Made by a program: the position numbers and the translations under genes
Notes under the pieces: model-generated
Told to the model about the DNA's origin: nothing
Database searches by the model: none
What the model saw: only the letters and a program-made list of their open reading frames with translations
Origin: Cetorhinus maximus
Taxonomy: Eukaryota
Direction of reading: 5' to 3'
Assembly (NCBI RefSeq): GCF_964194155.1
Contig: NC_135903.1
Coordinates: forward strand, 5,022,001-5,086,000
Length of the DNA: 64,000 nt
Shown here: piece after piece, positions 1-13,558 of the stretch
Layout: each line of letters opens with the position of its first letter
How positions within the stretch are numbered: position 1 is the first letter of the stretch

Positions 1-2744
1 AATGCAGCCTTTATGTCAATTGATTTGCACTCCTAGGAATAGGATGCCAGACTGGCTAAAAAAAAAAACCTTCAAGCTCGCTTTCCCCACAGCAGGCAAG
101 TCCACGCTGACATCCTGATCCCCTAGTCTCTCTTCAAAGCCTCTGGCTACTAATCTCGCTTTGGCCTTATGTGCCATCTGGGAGCACCTTTTCTGTACAG
201 ATCCGTCTGAGATAAAGCTGGCTGCCCTCCATCAGGTATTTCAGAATATACCCCAAATTCCTTCCAACTTTTTAACTCTTTCCATTTGGCTTCCTTTATC
301 TGCTTATTTTCCAATTTATTAGCAGCTGCTAGAGTCTCTCGGTCATAAGGACTTCTATTGAGATTCCTAGCTTGCTCTCTAGTCCTTGTTCTTATTAAGC
401 TACGGCCTCTACTCACATTCCTCTCCCTTTCTGGGCTACTGTATGATCTTTCTCCCATGCGAGTCGAACCCTGTTGCAAGTCCATGCTTTTTTTCCCTAG
501 GGTCACGACCACTTTCTGGTCCACTGTCAGAACTAATACTGCACTTTCTGGGTTTCCACATCTTTACCTCGGTTTGCCAATCGATAGGTCTTGTCTCCTG
601 TCCTTTATCCTGCACATTTAGCCAATGTTTGTATTTACCAGTGGCCTTTTCTGCTCTCCCTATGATGGTGGCATCCCTCCACACACTGGTATCTTCTGGC
701 ATGTATGTTACCTTTGTTCCTACTTTGGGTAGTTGCTCTTTTGGATGAATAGTATTATCTTATCCTGTACCTCAGTGTTACTTTGTTCATAGTCAGTCGG
801 CCCTGTATCTGCCATTGTCTGCTCCTCATAACTACCCAGTGTGTGTGCGCACGCCTGGTGCCTCTTCACATTCTATGTCCTATTCAGAACCTGTAAAAGG
901 TATAATCAGTACCAATTAACTGCGAAGAATGTACCCTAACACTTTGATTGCCGTGTTGCACAACTATCACTCTCCCATCACTCCCTATTACCTTGCCAGG
1001 TCCTTATATCTTCTTGTCTGAACTGTATTCCCAACGGTTTTGAGCGGGGCTGGAGGGCTCACCGAATTTTCTCTGAACCCTCAGCTTTAATGAAAGCTTT
1101 TCTGCCACTTGCAAAATGTTCAGATGAGCAGAAAAGGTGGAGCTAATGATAGTTCCTTCTGGAGCAGGGGGAAAGCATCCAATAACACAGAAGGCAACTT
1201 TGGATTTCTTCCGTACACCAACTGGTGTTGACTGTACCCCCCACCGCACCCCCCGCACCCCCACTCCCCCCCCCACCCACCGCCCCCAACCATTTGCAGG
1301 GAGTTCTTTGTGTGCACTGCCCATGCTAGCACCGTTTGCAATTTACAGTCTGGTTGATCAGCCAATATTTTATGTAACAGGTCGCCTATTACCGTATAGT
1401 TTCTTTCACAAAGTTCATTACTAAACAGGTTCTCAGCTGCAGTGAGCATAACTACGATGTTTAAATTTTCACACATTGAAATTCCTCATTGGCAAATTCC
1501 CCACCATTATCTGCGAGGAAGTTTGTTGGTGCACCTAATCCTGTTCCTACTCATTTCTCCATGACCTTATTGACAATGGTCCTTTTGTCTTTACTACGTA
1601 TTAGTGGATAAGCTAAATCTGGTTGCCATATCTATGGTGTCGTAAAAAAAAATACCCCTATCCTTGTCCCAAATGTTCAAGTCCATTGCCGGTGCATCGT
1701 TAAACTCCCTGGCTAATGGTCGCTCACAACAGGTGGTGTCTTGTGATATTTAAGGCAAATTTCACACTGAGCAGTGATTTGTTCAATAAGGTCATCATTT
1801 CCTTTATCAACCACTATCTCGAAGAAGAGTCTTCAGTTTCTGTGGCGCCAGATGTGCGAACTGTCTATGTAATTTCCAAATGGTCTTTTAGTCCACCAAA
1901 TTCATATTCTCAGCAGTTAACAAAACTTCATTAACTTTTTGATGAGAAATCTCTGGCTTCCTTAGTGGCAAGTAGTAATGGCCCAACTGAGTAAAGTGTA
2001 ACCCCCCATTTTTTTCCCCCAAATACGGCTGCTCTATCATTCTTCATATCTAGTGTTATCTGAGCCTCCTTCATCACAGACCGACTTAACAATAGTAGTA
2101 TCTTGCTAGAAACCACATGAGCACAGATAAAGATTGATCCCTGCTATCTTACAAGGGAGGACCGCCCATTTGGAGGATGTTAATGTATTGTCATCTCCAA
2201 ACCTGAAGCAGGTAAAGCTTTCATACTCCTTGACCTTCCACTAGTCTGCCTCAGAGAGACTCCAGATAGCAGTCAAGTCAGTCCATGCCACGCACCAGAG
2301 AAGTGCAACCACTGTCCAGAACTGAACAATAGAAGGAATCTACCATCAAGATACTCATCACTGGATTCAAACTCTCAGTGATCAATATAATTCCATCATG
2401 CAGTCACCATCTCCATTTTCAGTTTCAGATGAATCAGTCTCCTGGGTCACTTCAAGAAGATAATTCCTTTGCTGTGGGCCATTCATTGCATAATGATACT
2501 GGGAATCACACTGAAAACACTGATTAATCATTCCCCATGCATTTTTTGGGTTAAACACCTAGTCATCATCCCAGACATGACTTTTGTCCTGACTCTCAGA
2601 TCAGTTAGGGTTACAACCATTTTCAGACCTCTTGTCTTTAACCCCATCTTTGTATTGGAATCTTCATCTAATACTTGGTTGACCTCAAAATTCAGCCACA
2701 ATTGAATCCTCTATCTCTTGTTTCACAGCATAGTTGTTCACATT

Positions 2745-3085
2745 TGCTAAGAAAGTGACAGGGAACAATTCACCAAGGCTCCTTCGACAGCAGCTTTCAA
2801 CCCATGACCACTACCATCTAGAAGGACAAGGGCAGCAGATACATGGGAACACCACCACCTGGAAGCCCCCCTCCAAGCCACTCACCACCCTGACTTGGAA
2901 ATATATCACCGTTCCTTCACTGCCACTGGGTAAAAATCCTGGAACTCCCTCAGCATTGTGGGTGCACCTACATCACAGGGACTGCAGCGGTTCAAGAAGG
3001 CAGCATCACCACCACCTTCTCAAGGGCAACTAGGGATGGGCAATAAATGCTGGCCCAGCCAACAAAGCCCACATCCCCTAAAGAA
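2745..3085 (+). mobile_element. LINE-tail/SINE-type repeat inserted into the copia gag region
   Basis: Interrupts the copia sequence. The same motif (gggcaactagggatgggcaataaatgctggcc) recurs at ~20130, ~53230 and, reversed, at ~22590 and ~58420. Confidence 0.6.
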
Positions 3086-3744
3086 AAAACAACTTTCCCC
3101 AGAATTTTTTTCAGGGCAGCAGCCATTCGATCTAGCAGATATTCTTTCCTCCAGAATTGAACCCCTGTTAGTGCTAACAGACTATCAACATGGGAAATAC
3201 GAGCACAGTCCAGTAACTTAAATGCCAATACATATTCTGAAATTTCAAGTTCAAATCTCTGTGGTCTTCTGTACCATTTATCAAAATCCATGATGTATTC
3301 TTCCATGAACTGATCATCTGATTTCCTAAACCTATCAAAGATCCTCCAAGCTTCACACACTTCCATTAACTCATCCTTTTTGTAAAACTTATCCAAAAAT
3401 TGTAACAGAAGATTCAATCCCTCTTCGCAATCCAAGTCACCCACTTTCCATTCTGAAAATACCTTACTCCTTATTTTACTCTTGGCTGGTAATGATAACA
3501 CCAAAGCCATACCTTGCTCCTTCCAGGGTACGGCAGTAACCCAGGTCCACATTTCAACTTCAGCCTTCCATTGCTGATAAGGTTCAGAGTCAGAACAAAA
3601 ATTGGTGGATAGTCAAAGCTCACAATTTTGCACCATTCTTCTGCCATTCTATAACTTAAATGGTCAGCAGCAGTACACTTCTTTTCTCTGAGGATTGAGA
3701 CAAAAAGTTTAATATACAGCAATCATTCACCAAAGATTAAAGTT

Positions 3745-3759
3745 CATCCTCTGCTTCCA
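3745..3759 (-). promoter_or_regulatory. Primer-binding site, initiator tRNA-Met
   Basis: Minus strand reads TGGAAGCAGAGGATG, one mismatch to TGGTAGCAGAGGATG (complement of the tRNA-iMet 3' end), immediately after the LTR. Confidence 0.8.
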
Positions 3760-4003
3760 TGTTACTCACAATAAGAGGCTGTAATAGAAGAATTAGTCTA
3801 GGCTGGTCTTTTGGTTCAGGCTGGTTTATTTTTAAGACAACTCCTCAATACTACTGACTTCAAAGTAACTTCCACCCACAAAGTGTTCCAGCTGTATCTT
3901 TTTATTTTGTTTAGATGGGATAATCAATGCCCATCACCCATTTAACTAGCAATTGTCTTTAACAAGATGATTGCCATGCAGTGTGATTATTTATACCTTG
4001 ACA
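3760..4003 (-). repeat. 5' LTR of the copia element (~244 bp, TGTCA...TAACA)
   Basis: TG...CA termini with a short inverted repeat, directly adjacent to the PBS. The partner LTR is outside the window, so the distal boundary is inferred. Confidence 0.65.
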
Positions 4004-4098
4004 CTGGACACTGCTGTGAGCAATCTTGGAGAAATATTGTAGGGACATAAGGCCTGGTTTCTCTGGCAGGCAGAGGCTGTGTAGATAGAGAGTAAACT

Positions 4099-4336
<238 letters not shown>

Positions 4337-4639
4337 ATTCTTGCAAAGGAAACTGGAATGAGTGGCAGGATTGCTCCTCCAGTACACACTGGGAAATGGA
4401 GACGAAAGGATACGCTTTGTGCATTCGATACCTGATGTATAAATAAAACATTTAATTTTCTAACCGTTAAAAAAAAGGATTGTTTCTTTTTATTTTCTTT
4501 GAACATTTCTCTTTACCACATATAACAATATTGAAAATGGAGGGAGAAAGGCTGCTTGGCTGACAGTCAAGCACTTGAGTCTTTTTGCTTTCCAAGGCAG
4601 TGTGTCAGAAGGATATGGATGTGCTGGCCGACTAACGGC

Positions 4640-5390
4640 AAGTGTGTGGGGACTAATCATGAAACCTCCAGGAATTCATTTAATCACAGTTGGCAACCTT
4701 GGTGTAGAAGGACAGAGGGACCTTGGAGTGCATGTCCACAGGTCCCTAAAGATGACTTGAGAGGTAGATAAGGTGGTTGAGAAGGCACATGGGATACTTG
4801 CCTTTATTAACTGAGGCAGGCAGGTTATGCTGGAACTAAACACTTGTCTGTAGGCCACACTTGGAGTACATGCATGCAGTTGTGGTCATTGCACTATAGA
4901 AAAGATGTGATTGCATTAAAAGAGCATTTGCAGAATATTGCCTGGACTGGAGAATTTTAGTTATGTGAACAGATTAGATAGGCTAGGGTTGCATTTTTTT
5001 GGAACAGAGAGAAAGCTAAGGGGGTGGATTAATTGAACTGAATAAAATTATGAGGGGTCCATAAAGAGTGGATTGGAAGGACCTATTCTCTTTGGTTGAG
5101 AGGTCCATAGATTTAGGGTAAGAAGTACGAGATTTAGTGTGAATTCTAGGCAAAGTTTCTTCATCTATAGGGTGGTGAGGCTTTGGAACTCATTGGCTGA
5201 AAGGGTGGGAGAGTCACAAACCCTTATAACATTTATAAAGTACTTGGAGATGCACTTGAAGTGCCATGACCTATGAGGCTATGGACCAAGTGTGGCCAAG
5301 TGGGATGAAGCTACATGGCTCCTTGCTGGCCAGGACAGACATGATGGACCAAATGGCCTTCTTCGTGATGTAAATTCCTATGATTCTAAG
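4640..5390 (+). mobile_element. CR1-type LINE 3' fragment
   Basis: Degenerate RT C-terminus (RDLGVHVHRSLK...RPHLEY) followed by a CR1-like 3' tail. Confidence 0.75.
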
Positions 5391-6164
5391 TGATGAACCA
5401 AAGGAAGAGCAGTATTTCAGGAAAGCAAATTACACAGAAATCTGTTGAATGCATCATCAGATAAAGTGAAATATCAAAGTTGGCAGAGTTAAGAGGTTTG
5501 ATTAAATGTCAGAATGGCCAGAGTGAGCTGCAGCAGGCATTTGGGATAAGCCATTAGCAGGGATAGAGATATTTAGCATACATTTTCATGAATATAGTTC
5601 CCTCAAAATAAGAAAGTGAAACCCAAATGAACAGAGACAATGACCAAAAACACTCCACCAGACTTTTATCGATGGCACTATGTTTCAATCAATCACAGTT
5701 TATAATGTACCATTGTGTATCATGATGTTGCTATCAGGATCTTAGTAAACGGTGTGGAAAAATAAATCTGAAATCCTAGCCCTGTATTCATAGATTCATA
5801 GAATGGTTACAGCACAAAATGAGGCCATTCAGCCTGTCATGTCTGTGCTGACTTGCTGCAGGAGCGGCTCAGTCAGTCTCACTCCCCTGCCCTCATCCTG
5901 TTGCCCTGCAATTCTTTTCTCTTCAGGTGCTTATCCAATCCCCTTTTTTAAAGCCACAATTGAATCTGCCTCCACCACATTCTCAGGTAGCATATTCCAG
6001 ATTCTATCCGTTCCCTGTCTCCAAAGTTTGTCCTCACGTCGCTGATGGTTCCCGCTCATTCTGCAGCATGGTTCATGGTGTGCTGGCTAATCAGGGTAGA
6101 GTTTATGAAATGTGCAGCAATGCACTCTTCAATATTAAAACATCGTCAGCCATTTCTGTGATTG

Positions 6165-6821
6165 TTGGGAATCTTTACTTGGGCCATTGAGGTCGGTGAG
6201 CGGAGGGCACCCACGTAAAATGACGCGGGCTGACATTGAACGGAACTCCCGACCTCACCCCGCCTCATTTCAATTTTCAGGTCGGCAGGGGCTCAGTAGA
6301 ATCAGCTGTACGCCCGCCGACCTGTCAATGGCCAACTGAAGCTATTGACAAAGTAGTTAAAGTGATTAATGGACCTGCCCGTCCAACCTTAAGGTTGGTG
6401 GGCAGGCTGGGAGCCCTGATGGGCTTAAAAAAAAGCATGAAACCTCATCCACGGGCGGGATGAGGTTTCATGTAGGTTTTAAAATTTTTCACAAAAGTAT
6501 CAATGAAAGCGATGGACATGCCCCAACTCATGTGACAGTGTCACATGAGGGGACATGTCAGGGGAATTTATCTGTTCTGTTTTTAAAATTTTTTCACACA
6601 GGAGCTGATCTCCCTGAGGCAGCACTTAGCCTCAGTTCAGGGAATCCCACCCGCCCACACAGGGAGCACATAGCGCTTCCTTGCGTATGTCACGCTGGGT
6701 GGGCCTTTATTGGCCCACCCACATAAAATGGCAGCGCACCCCCAATTGGGGGTGCCGATCGGAGGCGCGCCTCCACGCGCCTGCTCCTAAACATCCCTCC
6801 CGACAGGGGAAAATTCTGCCC
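6165..6821 (-). mobile_element. Non-autonomous DNA transposon (PIF/Harbinger-like MITE)
   Basis: Inverted-orientation relative of 11272-11881. Ends in gggaaaattctgcc and shares the internal palindromes catgaaacctcatcc..ggatgaggtttcatg and catgtgacagtgtcacatg. Confidence 0.7.
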
Positions 6822-9330
6822 TCAGTGTAACTTCTGTCAGTTGTTGTATAAGGGGTGTGCCTACTTAATAATCTTACCTCCTACCTGACCGATGTGGTCT
6901 GACGGTGGCGAATTAAGTGCTCGTCATCACTTGGTTTCGAGTCTTTCAAACACTTTTTTGACTCTTGAAGAGTCAATGTTCATACTGCAGGATATCACAA
7001 ACATTGAAAATAGGACTTTAAATAAAGGAGTATTTGGTGATATCAGCCTTGAGGTTATAAAGCCTTTAGATTGTAGTTGGAAGAGGGGAGAAGGAATGCC
7101 ACCATTTTGAAGTAATGGGAAAGAATGAGCTTAGAGTAAGAGATGGTTGAAAAATTTTGATTTCAAGAGAGGTTTGTGGAAGAAGAGCATGAAGGGCAGC
7201 ACATTTGGAGCCTAGGAGGAACAAAAGAGAACTACCGCTACAGCTCAGTGTATATTTGTGAAAATGAAACTTAGAAAGCAAGGGCAGTCTCTGGAATTAT
7301 TTGGGGGAAGACCCAAATTTTTTAAGAAATGCTTTTGTTTGTTTTAAACACATGATGCAATGAAGTGCCAAATGCATCATTAGACCATGTGACCATGATG
7401 CTATTGTGATAAAATGGTACATTGCTTGATCAAATACTGTTCACCAAGGAGACATCGCCACTTGGATATACAGTTATTTTGCTTTCAGTGACTCAGTGCC
7501 GAAACCCCCTGTAAAAATCACACTTACAAAACTTCCCACTGGGATCACATTTTAATCACATTCCTCAGTGTGTTTAATTACACAGCAGAGTGAATTGTCC
7601 TGGAGTTGCAGGACATTATCTTTTTGATTGCTAGCTGCTATTTTGAAGTGATTCTATTTATAAAAAAGGGAGAGTATGTCATAGTTCAGCTTGATCCTAG
7701 TGACAGATGTGAAAGTATTTTCATAGAATACCTATTCTTTCTTTTCTCTTCCCTCACCTAGTGGCACATGTGGCAGACAAAGCATATGCTTATGTCTTTT
7801 TCCCAGGTTAGTTTGTTCATCGAATAGGTTGCCAGCCAACACCAGAGGCTATGGCTTGAAGGGCATCACTCAGCATCAAGTATGGCTGACCAGGAGACTC
7901 TCCCACTCTTACCACCTGCCATTGGAGTATTGAGAGGATTTACAGGTTGAAAATCAACCTGCTTGACTACATTATGAATACACCTTCCTTGGCCATCATG
8001 TCCTAGAGAGGGACTCGAACCTGGAGCTTCTGGTTCAGGGTCAGGGACACAACCCACTATGTCACAAGACCTCCCCAGAATAACTACAGATACCTGAATT
8101 TTGAAGATTGAGCAGTTCTTATAAAACAATAATTAAATGCTGAATTGGTTTAACGAGTTGTTAAAATTGGCACACATGAAGTTGATGCAAATACGTTAAC
8201 CAGTGCAATACAGAATCAAGACAACTTTAACTGCCCCACACTTTTATGTTGCTTCTGCATCTGTTGAAATTTGCAGACCACAACTCCGTAAAGAATGCTC
8301 AAATCCCATTTACTCTGGTTAAGCATGACATGCAACATATGAGGCAGAACTTCCTGCAACTCAACTTTAGCAAGACTGAAGCCATCCTCTTTGGATTTCA
8401 CCTTGCACTTTGCACCTTGACTCCTAAGCCCATTCCCTGCTCAATTATTCACTCAGGCTGAATCAAAGTTCCATTACACTGTATGTTTAGAAGGCGAGAT
8501 TGTTTAATGCACCTCTGAAACAGCATTCCTACCTCACTTCCCAATGTTGCCAAAACTCTCTTTCATGTCTTTTTAGACCTAGCATCCAACTGTGTTTTCC
8601 TAACTTTCAATCTTCAGAGTCCAACTTATCCAGAATTCCACCAACTGCAACTGACCTTCTCTTTCACCTATTAATTACATCCTCACTGAATTTATTTCAG
8701 AATCCTTGTCGCCTCGCTGTACTATATGTTCACAAGCTTCTGCAGCTCTTTGTCACCACTCGCATCTTCTGTACTTCAGATAGCACCGGTGTGACTTTTC
8801 CCTCAGCTCCCTCACTGATGGCAGAGCCTGAAGTCACTACAGTCCACATTCTCCAATTCCTTCTCAAATCTTCACCACACTTCCACCTTCAAAAACCTCC
8901 TTAAAACATATATCCTTGATCGTATCTTTCACCACCTCTCCCAAATTTTCACCCTCCAATCCGACCAAGTTTTTGTGAGACACCTTGATGCATTCTTCGC
9001 TGTGTTACTGAGGGTGTGCTGCATGGTCAGAGATGCCATCATTCAGATGAGAGATTGAACTGAGGCCCGGTATACCCTCTCGGTATCCCATAGCATTATT
9101 GGAAGAGCAGCAGGGGAGGTCTCCCCAGTGTCTTGGTGAATACATCACTTAAAAACAGATAATCTGGTCATTGTCTGAGTGCTTTTTGTGTCACCGTGCG
9201 GTGTATAAATTTGCTGCTGTGTTTCTAGCCATACAATAGTGAGTACACTTTAAAAATACTTAATTGGGGGTAAAATACTTTGGAACATTGAAATCATAAA
9301 AGGCACAATATAAATGCAGATCTTTATTCC

Positions 9331-9480
9331 AGCTCTGAAGAAGAGTCATATGGACTCGAAACGTTAACTCTGTTGAGCTCTGAAGAAGTTATATGGATTT
9401 GGAACGTTAACTCTGTTTCTCTCTCTCCACAGTTGCTGCCAGACCTGCTGAGTTTTTCCAGCATTTTCTGTTTTTATTTC
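9331..9480 (+). mobile_element. Penelope-derived short repeat with a tandem pair of minimal hammerhead ribozyme motifs
   Basis: agct-CTGAAGA-a-GAGTC-atatg-GACTC-GAAAC-GTT-aact (9331-9369), a degenerate second copy (9376-9412), then the same tail as the Penelope elements at 36.9 and 62.3 kb. Confidence 0.75.
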
Positions 9481-9873
9481 TAAATATGTCATATAAGTCT
9501 TGAAATCACTGTAAATTTCTGATGCACAAAAATGCCGCAGCTCATTCTTCTTACCCTCAATTCCCTTTTTATTGCCAGCTTCATTTCCCTTCACTGTTCA
9601 CTTCACAAGTTATTTTGCTGCGGATATGTCAGTGCTATAAGCTTTAACTTTGTAACTCAGATTGGTACCAGTCTGATTCTAGTTTTGATTGTCCACCAGT
9701 CAGTGGGCGATGAGTGAAAAAATAATCATCTTACTTATTCCTCACTTTACTAAGCATCTGTGCACCAGATGGTGATTCCCAGTCCTCTGGCAGTGTGTCA
9801 CTAGTTGCTGAATAATACCAATGATACCAAAGAAATAACTACAAGTAACATAAGGTTGTGAAAAATATAGAAA

Positions 9874-11977
9874 TTTATTTGGAAAATAGATAACCTTTAA
9901 AAACGGAGTTCACCCATGTTACAAAATATTTCAAATAAATAGCAATAAAATAATTATCCTCCAATATAAATTAATAAAAATAAATACCTTGAGATGTGTG
10001 CACTTATAGAGCAAATAAATGTCCTTTTCAACAACTTGAATATCACAATATTCCAAGATCTCCAACCTTCTTATTAATCTAAGGATTGATGCTGCTTTGG
10101 GTTGGAATAATGATGCCTTACTCTGTTAAACAGTTGTCGTCTTATCTGAATAATGGAGCATAGTCTGGCTTCAGGCTATGGGCCTGATTTTCCTTTGCTG
10201 TGCCACTCAAAATTGGAGTCAGAGAGACTAGTGGGGAGCTCATTTGCTTCCAATAAAAGCTCCAATAACCCTCTGAGCTTTGAGCTCAACTGAAGACCTG
10301 GTTTAAATTCCTCCTTGAGGCTTTGCTACCCTCCTAAATCCCCTCCGCCTGTTGAACTGCTGCAACAACAGTCTCACCGCAGCAGCGGGATTTCTTCCAG
10401 TGATCAGCCCTGACCCAGGAAGTTGGGTCAGGGTTACAGCAGAGTCAAAGCAGTGGGCGGAAGTCGTATCATGCAACAAGAAAGGAAGTCTAGGTCTGTT
10501 TGTCTTCCCTTCTGACTCCTCAAGTATCTATGAACAAAATCAAATGTCATGTAACTCAGCATAAAGTCAAAAGCAATTTGCTTTCTCTTTCCATTTTTGA
10601 CTGTTGTGTCAGACTTCCACTTGCGTCAGGAGTCATGCAAGTTTCCTTTGCAGGGGAACATTGGAGAATATTTGGATGGATTTTCGAGTTTGGAAACTGA
10701 ACAGGAATGAGAACCGAATTTCTTTTCAGTATCAGGTGCAATGGCAGTGCTCTTACCTCAGAGTCAGAAAGTTGTGGGTTCAAGCCCCATTTCAGGACTT
10801 AAGCACCACAAATCTAAGTTGACACTGACGGAGAGAAATCAAAATGGTCAGAAGAGCCTCATATTTGACTTTGAGGTTACCTCCAATTTTTGATACTCTA
10901 GTCTTTTGTAATCATCCTTCTTTAATTATAACTTGCAAACTAGCACTTCTGTTTCTCTCCTACAAGCTACCCTTCCCTTGCTTTAGTTTTTTCCCAATCC
11001 CACTCATCCCTTTGAGTTTCTTATTTTCCCATTCCCAGACCTGAATTTTTTTTTAAAGCACACACCTCAAGTTGTCCCTGAGAGATTCCCTACGACATAA
11101 ATATTTGTTGCATAATTTTCTCGTTATATAACTTAAAATTAGAGGAAATAAAATTACTTGTACTTTTAAATTATAAATAAACTTAGCATTTTTTTTAGCC
11201 AATACTGGTCAGAGAAAGTCCCCTTTCTGTCATAACTAATTTCAAAGTAAATACTCACACATGTTCTCTTGGGCAGAATTTTGCCCTCGGTTGGCAGGCG
11301 GGCCCCACCGGCTCGATGGCGGGCGGACAGCCGACCCCGGCCACCGAAATGGGGCCCGCCGCCATTTTGAGTGGGCGGGCCAATTAAGGCAAAAGAGCGC
11401 ACTGCTCCCTGAGACTAAGTGCTGTCTCAGGGAGATTAGTGACAGGTTAAAAAACTCTAAAAATAGAAAAATAAAAACATTATTAACATGTCCCCCTCAT
11501 GTGACAATGTCACGCGAGATGGGACATGTTAATAAGAAGCACTGAAACTTTATTATAGTTTTTAAACACAAACATGAAACCTCATCCCGCCAGTGGATGA
11601 GGTTTCATGTTTTATCAGGAGCCCGCTGGGGCTCCCGGCCTGCCCGCCAGCCTTAAGGTTGGACGGGCAGGTCTTTAGTTATCTTAATTAGCCTGTCAAT
11701 GGCCTCAATTTTTAGGAAGACAGGTGGACAGCGAAATCAGCTGATTTCGCTGTCCGCCCGTCTTCCTAAAAATTTAAATGGGTCAGGATGACGTCGGGGG
11801 TTCCTCCCGATGTCATCCCGAGTCATTTTCCCGTCGGCGAGCGGGCCCTGACTCCAAATCGCCGACGGGAAAATTTTGGCCTTGTCTTACATTAGCAATG
11901 GGTTTTACCGACTGTGATATGCACTGATGTGTGCGTGATGCGTGATATGTGAGATGCTCAACGGTCTTCAAAACATA
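9874..11977 (-). other. Probable 3' UTR of the CSF3-like gene with AU-rich elements and poly(A) signal
   Basis: Several ATTTA motifs on the minus strand (plus-strand taaat at ~9936, 9967, 9981, 10016, 11098, 11167, 11174) and AATAAA at 9874-9879. Extent is inferred. Confidence 0.45.
11272..11881 (+). mobile_element. PIF/Harbinger-like MITE just downstream of the cytokine stop codon
   Basis: Imperfect TIRs ggcagaattttgcc...ggaaaattttggcc flanked by a 3-bp TTG duplication, with internal palindromes. Confidence 0.75.
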
Positions 11978-12145
11978 TTACATTCTAGCTAAAACAAAAT
12001 TAAAAACGCGGGAAGTATTTTCCATTAACTTTTTCAGTTTTTTCAGTAAACACCGCACAGCCACTTGCTCCAGAAAGTCATTCCCAAAGTTCAGCTCTTG
12101 CAGATCAATTCTAGCTGGTGCTGGGGTGACATCTAAAAAATGCAT
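11978..12145 (-). CDS. CSF3: G-CSF-like cytokine, exon 5 (helix D, stop)
   Basis: Acceptor tatttctatgtaacag, phase 0. Encodes MHFLDVTPAPARIDLQELNFGNDFLEQVAVRCLLKKLKKLMENTSRVFNFVLARM*, paralleling G-CSF exon 5 (MEELG...F.S.FQ...RVLRHL). Confidence 0.85.
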   Translation of the reverse strand: MHFLDVTPAPARIDLQELNFGNDFLEQVAVRCLLKKLKKLMENTSRVFNFVLARM

Positions 12146-13558
12146 CTGTTACATAGAAATAATTCAGGTCAATTGTTATCATTTCTTACAGAATCGCAGT
12201 GTTCCCAGTCCCTGGCAGTCAAAAAAAATCATCTGCGCGTTCACTTTGAGTGTAATTTCAGACACTGAATAAAGATATTTCTGATTAAAAAAAAAAGCCA
12301 GGAACTTAAACTAACAACTGGAAGAACAGTCATATTCGATTTAAAACTTTAACTCTGTTTCTCTCACCACAGATGCTGAGTATTTCCAGCATTTTCTGTT
12401 TTTATTTCGGATTTCCAGCATCCGCAGTATTTTGCTTTTATTTTAGGAATTTAAAGCATATTATTTCAAATAAAGCTATGGTTTAAGGGCACGGGGCAGT
12501 CAATTTGCACAACATAAGAACAGCAATTTGATTGTGACCAGATAATCTGATTTTTGTGTCATTGGCTGAGAGACAAATATTGATCAGAACAATGGGGATA
12601 ACTCCTTAAGTGTCAGAAGTGGCTCAGTGGGTAGCACTCTCATCTCGTCAAAAGGTTGTGATTTCAAGCCCATCCTAGAGACTTGAACCCAAAAATCTAG
12701 GTGGATACTCCAGTTCAGTACTAGGGAACGTTGCATTTTGGAGGTGAAATATTTCGGATGGGACGTTAAACCAAGGCCCCAACTGCCCTCTCAGGTAAAA
12801 GATCCCATGGTACTATTTAGAACAAGAGCAAGTGGTTATCCCCAGAGTGGCCAATTTTTATCCCTTGAACTGAAATTAATTAAATAAACTCTGGCAAATA
12901 GGTACAGAAGAAATAGCAGCAGCAATCATGGCTGATCATTGGACTTAACTTTACTTTCCCTCCTCACCCCACTCTCCATATCCCTTGATTTCCTGAGACC
13001 CCAAAGATTTGTCTGTCTCAGCCTTAAATATACTCAATGAACAGAAGCATCAATCAACTTTGGAAATAGGAAATACGTAACCTCTCATCAGTGACTCATT
13101 TCATTTTAGGTGCTCACCATTTCCAACATTGAATGGCATAAAAAAAATATATAAAAACAATGCAATGTAATAGTCACAAGGGTACGTCATCACTGCCTTA
13201 AGACATATGATAGCTAAGACGTTACTAGTTTGAATCACCTGATTAGGAATCATGGGTGTTGTTGGTCAGTTTCCTATTGAACTTTGCAACAAGTTCATGA
13301 GTATTTTTATACAGATTATGCCAAATAGTATACGCAATAATATGTTCGTAGGTGGTAACACATCCCCAGCTTTTGATAATGCCAGTAAACCACATAACCT
13401 TTGTTCTTGCTGTTTATGACACAGTGTTTCAAAATGTTACTACATGCTGTCAAATGAGGTTTCGGCATATTAAGTGGCCTATGTAACAGCGGAAAAGTAA
13501 AGGTCTCTGCATGTCTGGATAACTTTGATTTTAGAAGGAAGCACAAAAATATACTCAC

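Larger units (their letters stand above)
1..4003 (-). mobile_element. Degenerate Ty1/copia LTR retrotransposon (gag-PR-INT-RT); 3' part runs off the window start
   Basis: Minus-strand relics in copia order: gag (2992-3722), protease VLDSGCTS (~2300-2325), integrase DNGGEFANEEF (~1485-1515), RT start AKWKELKSWKEFGVYSEIPD...ARLVARGFEE (~130-300). Many stops and frameshifts. Confidence 0.85.
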
